In this document: positions 59,883 to 64,000 of the stretch, one piece after another | How positions within the stretch are numbered: the first letter of the stretch is position 1 | Layout of the letters: each line of letters opens with the position of its first letter | Source: Promethearchaeota archaeon | Lineage (GTDB): Archaea > Asgardarchaeota > Lokiarchaeia > Sigyniarchaeales > SOKP01 | DNA length: 64,000 nt | Reading direction: 5' to 3' | Assembly: GCA_018238625.1 (NCBI GenBank) | Contig: JABCSY010000006.1 | Location: 9,704 to 73,703 of the forward strand | The notes under the pieces: generated by a model | The model's input: only the letters and a program-made list of their open reading frames with translations | Databases searched by the model: none | Told to the model about the DNA's origin: nothing | Translations under genes and position numbers: made by a program

Positions 59883-62042
59883 TTAAATTACATGTAATTC
59901 ATTATTGCATTTAGGGCAAAATAAAGGTAACTCCTCTGGACATGGTTCTAAATCTTCGCTATTCAGTAATTTTCTCCAACAAATTAATTTGCCATCTTTT
60001 TCGATCATATCTCGACCATGGTGTTGAGGTATTATATTTTTAGTTTCACAACTTTGACAAATAATTAATTTTGCATTGCTTTCTAAGTTCTCCAAAGAGA
60101 GTTCTTTAAACTTTATTTTATACCTGAAAATGGTCATTCCGTTGATTAAAACGAGTAAGGACACGCCCATATCTGCTATTCCAACCGCCAGCCACAGGGA
60201 CATAAAGCCTAAAACCGTGAGAATCGCGAAAGTAACTTTGACAATTATCGAAGTCCAAATGTTTTGTCTTATGATTCTATTGGTCCTTTTGGTAATGTCA
60301 AAAAAGGTTATAATTTTCTTTAAATCGTCGCTCATAATAATAACATCCGCTGTTTCTAAAGTTAAATCCGTTGCCGAAGCACCAATCGCAATTCCTAAAT
60401 CTGATAATGCTAAGGCAGGAGCATCGTTTATTCCGTCACCAACCATAGCCACTCCTTTAAAACTCTTTTTTAACCTTTCAATTTCCTCTAACTTTTGATC
60501 GGGTAACAATTCTCCACGGTAAGAATCTATATCTAAGCACTCCCCTATTGTGTTACACACTAACTGGTTATCCCCTGAGATAAGAACTGACTTATAACCT
60601 CGCTTTTTCAAACCGTCGACTAAGAGGGGTGCTGAAACTCTTAACACGTCTCTGATCGTAATCATTCCCATAATTGTTTTTTTGTTTCCAAGTAATATAG
60701 GAATAGTTCCTGATAATTTGGTTTCTTCAAAGATATCTTCAGGAAGGTCAAACTTTAATTCTTCAAGGTAATTCTTACTTCCTACATAATATACTTCCCC
60801 TTGAATTACTCCTTGAATACCTTTACCTTTAGTGATTTTAAAATCTTCTACATTATATAACGGTAATTGCATTTGTTTCGCTTGATTAACGATAGCTTTT
60901 CCAATTGGGTGTTCTGAAAGATTTTCTAAGCTAGCAGCTATTTTAATAATCTCTTGATTATTACTGGAATAATTAATGATGTTAAAAACCTTTAAATTTG
61001 CTTCCGTGAGAGTTCCGGTTTTATCTAAAGCGATTATTTCGATATTTTTCGCTATTTCAATAAATTTGTTTCCTTTAACCAATATTCCTTCCTTTGCTAA
61101 TTTTGTGAGTGCGGCTATATTAGCTAAAGGAGTTGACAATGTGAGAGCACAAGGACAAGAAACTACTAATAAAATTAAACCTCGGTAAAACCACATGTTA
61201 AAATCTAAATTAAATACGACCGTGGGTACAATCATAACAAAGAGCGCGCTAATCAATATAATTGGCGTATAATATTTAGCAAACTTTTCAATAAACCGCT
61301 CGCTATCGCTTTTGTTTTGTTGAGCTAATTTAATACTTTCGGCTATTTTAGCCACAACTGTGTTTGAACTCTCTCTTATTACTTTTACATCCACAAAACT
61401 ATCGTTGTTAATACTCGCGGCAAAAATTTCATCGTTTTCTTCTTTGAAAATAGGTAATGACTCGCCAGTTATTGCACTTTCGTCGAAATACGACTTCCCT
61501 TTTACGATTATTCCATCCAGAGGGGCTTTCATTCCTGGTTTAATACCGATTATCTCACCGATTTTTACGGTTTCAGTCGGTACTTTCTCGTAGCTATCTT
61601 CAATCCTTAATAGAGCGTCATCTGGAGCTAATTCAAGCAATTCTTTAATCGCATTTTTAGATTTTTCTGTAGTTAATTCCTCTAAATATTCCGCTATTGC
61701 ATAAAGTAAAATTGCCATAGCTCCTTCCTGACCGTGCAATATAAAGAACGAAGCAATACCTGCAACTATCATTAGGATATTGGCTGTAATCCTTTTAGAT
61801 AAGACATCTTCTAAAGCTTCTTTTAATATTCCAGAACCTGAGAGCAGAATTGAAGCAACAGCTAAAACCTGACTTAATAAAACATAATCAGTTAGAAGCT
61901 CTAAAGCGATAGATAATCCAAGCAAGATCAATGATGGAATTATGAAGTACCAAAATCTTCTTTCAAAAAAAGATTCATTTTCTTCTTCAAAACCTTCGTC
62001 GAGACACAGTGTCTTTGTACATTGAGTTATATGACTCATCAT
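59883..62042 (-). CDS. Heavy-metal P1B-type ATPase with Cys/His-rich C-terminal tail
   Basis: TGESLP, SCPCAL, DKTGTLT, SEHPIG, GDGINDAPAL; tail CQSC...HHG...C...C...CPKC. Confidence 0.93.
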   Translation of the reverse strand: MMSHITQCTKTLCLDEGFEEENESFFERRFWYFIIPSLILLGLSIALELLTDYVLLSQVLAVASILLSGSGILKEALEDVLSKRITANILMIVAGIASFFILHGQEGAMAILLYAIAEYLEELTTEKSKNAIKELLELAPDDALLRIEDSYEKVPTETVKIGEIIGIKPGMKAPLDGIIVKGKSYFDESAITGESLPIFKEENDEIFAASINNDSFVDVKVIRESSNTVVAKIAESIKLAQQNKSDSERFIEKFAKYYTPIILISALFVMIVPTVVFNLDFNMWFYRGLILLVVSCPCALTLSTPLANIAALTKLAKEGILVKGNKFIEIAKNIEIIALDKTGTLTEANLKVFNIINYSSNNQEIIKIAASLENLSEHPIGKAIVNQAKQMQLPLYNVEDFKITKGKGIQGVIQGEVYYVGSKNYLEELKFDLPEDIFEETKLSGTIPILLGNKKTIMGMITIRDVLRVSAPLLVDGLKKRGYKSVLISGDNQLVCNTIGECLDIDSYRGELLPDQKLEEIERLKKSFKGVAMVGDGINDAPALALSDLGIAIGASATDLTLETADVIIMSDDLKKIITFFDITKRTNRIIRQNIWTSIIVKVTFAILTVLGFMSLWLAVGIADMGVSLLVLINGMTIFRYKIKFKELSLENLESNAKLIICQSCETKNIIPQHHGRDMIEKDGKLICWRKLLNSEDLEPCPEELPLFCPKCNNELHVI

Positions 62043-62287
62043 GATTTATGAATTCAATTACGTCTAAAAAGGTTCACATAATATAATAAAAAGGATCTAA
62101 CTTCCGTTAAAAAATGTGAATACAATAGTTTTTGTTGTTTAACTATTAAAAATTAACAGTTTTAGTTTTAGCTTCAAATTTTTTGAATTAAAACTCAAGT
62201 TCTTTTTCTTTTATAAAATATAAATTGTTAATTAAATATTATTACAAAGCGTGAATTACGTTTTAAAAGAGTTATAAAAGGTTACAA

Positions 62288-63178
62288 TTAAGGGGCGACA
62301 TATGCTTCTTTACGACCTTCATGATCTTTAAGCTTTAATTCGTTTCTAACGGCATCTCTTACGAGAATTCCACCTATATGGAGTATCGAATCCTTTAATA
62401 TTAAATCTTTATCCATTGATGCATTGCAAGGATAAGAATGATGAGCTTTACTAATTCTTTCGTTTAAACTCGTTTCATCGTCTTCTATATATTTAGCTTT
62501 CAATTGTTGGAGAATGTAAAATGTTGAGCCGCATGGCGCACTTTGTAAAACGCATGTATCTAAAATTGATTTTCCATCGTCGCTCAAAATGAATGAAACA
62601 ATAGGTTCTCCTATTTTATAATAATCAATGAATTCAATAACATTATCGTGATTTTTAGTGAGATTAAACCCTACTTTGTTGTATTCGTTCAGTTCTTTAC
62701 TCATTGCACAAAAAGGTTTTGGAAACGCTGCTTGAATTCCCAATCTTTCAAAATCCTCTAATACCTGCACCTGTAAACCCGGTTGGACCCACTTTGGGTT
62801 TTCAATAGGGACAATTACCGCTTTAATATTCGCATCCTTTAAATATTCTGGTAATCCGGAGAGTAAATCTTGATGAATCCCAACCACTAATAAAAAATCT
62901 ACTTGAGGCAAGGTTTTCGGTAAATATTCTTCAGGGTCTTCAATAAAATCTGGTACATTTTCTCCTATGAGGTCGTAAAAGTAAATTGAACCAGAGAAAT
63001 TACCTAGATACTCTCTACACTTATCGCATTTGACATCTTTTTCGAGTAATTCACATGCTTTACAAAATTCATCGTCGTTTATTAGATTTCCAACGAATTT
63101 TTGCGCTAACATTACAGTATCTGGATCTGGACCATAAAAGATTCCAAGTTTGTATTGTTTTTGTTGAGAACTCATCAT
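62288..63178 (-). CDS. DUF166-like archaeal protein
   Basis: IHQDL, FPKPFCAM, SAPCGSTFY, HHSYPCNASM...LHIGG pattern. Confidence 0.65.
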   Translation of the reverse strand: MMSSQQKQYKLGIFYGPDPDTVMLAQKFVGNLINDDEFCKACELLEKDVKCDKCREYLGNFSGSIYFYDLIGENVPDFIEDPEEYLPKTLPQVDFLLVVGIHQDLLSGLPEYLKDANIKAVIVPIENPKWVQPGLQVQVLEDFERLGIQAAFPKPFCAMSKELNEYNKVGFNLTKNHDNVIEFIDYYKIGEPIVSFILSDDGKSILDTCVLQSAPCGSTFYILQQLKAKYIEDDETSLNERISKAHHSYPCNASMDKDLILKDSILHIGGILVRDAVRNELKLKDHEGRKEAYVAP

Positions 63179-63393
63179 ATTATCTATAAAATGAATTTTT
63201 TTTATATGTTACTCTGATAATTTATAAAAAACCATATAATTTTTGCCTTGAACATCTTCGCTTATTATTCTAATTTTAATAATGCTAATACAGAAATTTA
63301 ATACAAATATTTGATATTTAATATTAAATAACAGCGTTCCATAAATCAGAATATAATATATATTAATCGCCGTTTTAATTTCGTTTTATCAAA

Positions 63394-64000
63394 ATGGAGC
63401 TTTTAAAAATTAGAAAAGAACTCATTACCGATCTCAGAGAAGATTTCCCTGACCTGGTTGATAAATTTAATCATTTTGTTATATCTCCCTTAGAAAGTAA
63501 GCAAAATACCGTTATCAGCTTAGCTTTTAACAAGGAAACGGAAAGACTACCTAAAGAAATGATAGTTAAAATATTTAGAACTAAAAATGCCGATAACGAA
63601 TATAATACTTTAAAACGATTGAATAAACAAAAGTTATTAATCCCCGACATAATATTTTATAGAAAACCTTATTTGTTCCTTGAAAAAGCGGAAGGGGTTA
63701 ATTTATGCGATTACATTAACGATAAGTTAGTTAATGTTGCTGATCTAAACGAGTTAGACGCTGATGTTAAAAAAGATATTACTATTTGTGTTGAGAAATT
63801 AGCAGATTGGTTTACTCAATTACATACAAACAATACGATTGGAAAGAACGAGCTTTCAGAAATTATAGTTCTAAATAAAGGCGACACTCGTTTAAGAGAT
63901 TTTGTATATAATCCTTCAAATAACGAATTGTATGGTATGGATTTCGAAGAGTCTTACGAAGGAAATCACATTGACGACATTGCATGGGTTTGTTGCTCTT
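63394..64000 (+). CDS. Protein-kinase-like phosphotransferase (APH/Kdo-like), truncated by the window end
   Basis: Open frame MELLKIRKE... with IVKIF, NEYNTL, LFLEKAEG, LNKGDTRLRDF and GMDFEES running to the end of the window. Confidence 0.75.
   Translation, partial: MELLKIRKELITDLREDFPDLVDKFNHFVISPLESKQNTVISLAFNKETERLPKEMIVKIFRTKNADNEYNTLKRLNKQKLLIPDIIFYRKPYLFLEKAEGVNLCDYINDKLVNVADLNELDADVKKDITICVEKLADWFTQLHTNNTIGKNELSEIIVLNKGDTRLRDFVYNPSNNELYGMDFEESYEGNHIDDIAWVCCS

Noticed and set aside
516-61593. Many short ORFs antisense to or nested in long genes
   Set aside because: Shadow frames of well-supported genes with no motifs of their own.
1-64000. CRISPR array, rRNA or provirus
   Set aside because: No regularly spaced repeat-spacer units, long GC-rich RNA genes, or integrase and capsid genes were seen.

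Overview
AT-rich archaeal chromosome segment. Its gene content (Rag-like and roadblock-Rab GTPases, a gelsolin-domain protein, longin-like domains, TBP, archaeal isoprenoid genes) points to an Asgard archaeon, most likely Lokiarchaeia (inference). It holds a two-component signalling cluster, two toxin-antitoxin pairs, a near-complete Aeropyrum-type modified mevalonate and ether-lipid gene cluster, a solo tnpB IS200/IS605-family element, two DNA methyltransferases, a non-pyrrolysine MttB/corrinoid locus, tRNA-Leu(CAG) and a P1B ATPase. The main discovery is that two unrelated protein-coding genes, mevalonate kinase (20728-21694, +) and a GH38 alpha-mannosidase (30256-33078, -), are each interrupted inside a conserved N-terminal motif by a 30-31 nt insert. 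Each insert folds into a bulge-helix-bulge-like structure. Applying the archaeal tRNA-splicing endonuclease cleavage rule removes each insert exactly and restores the motifs GEH and HWDREW, so these are candidate mRNA micro-introns in an Asgard archaeon. All calls come from reading the sequence by eye; no database searches were run.
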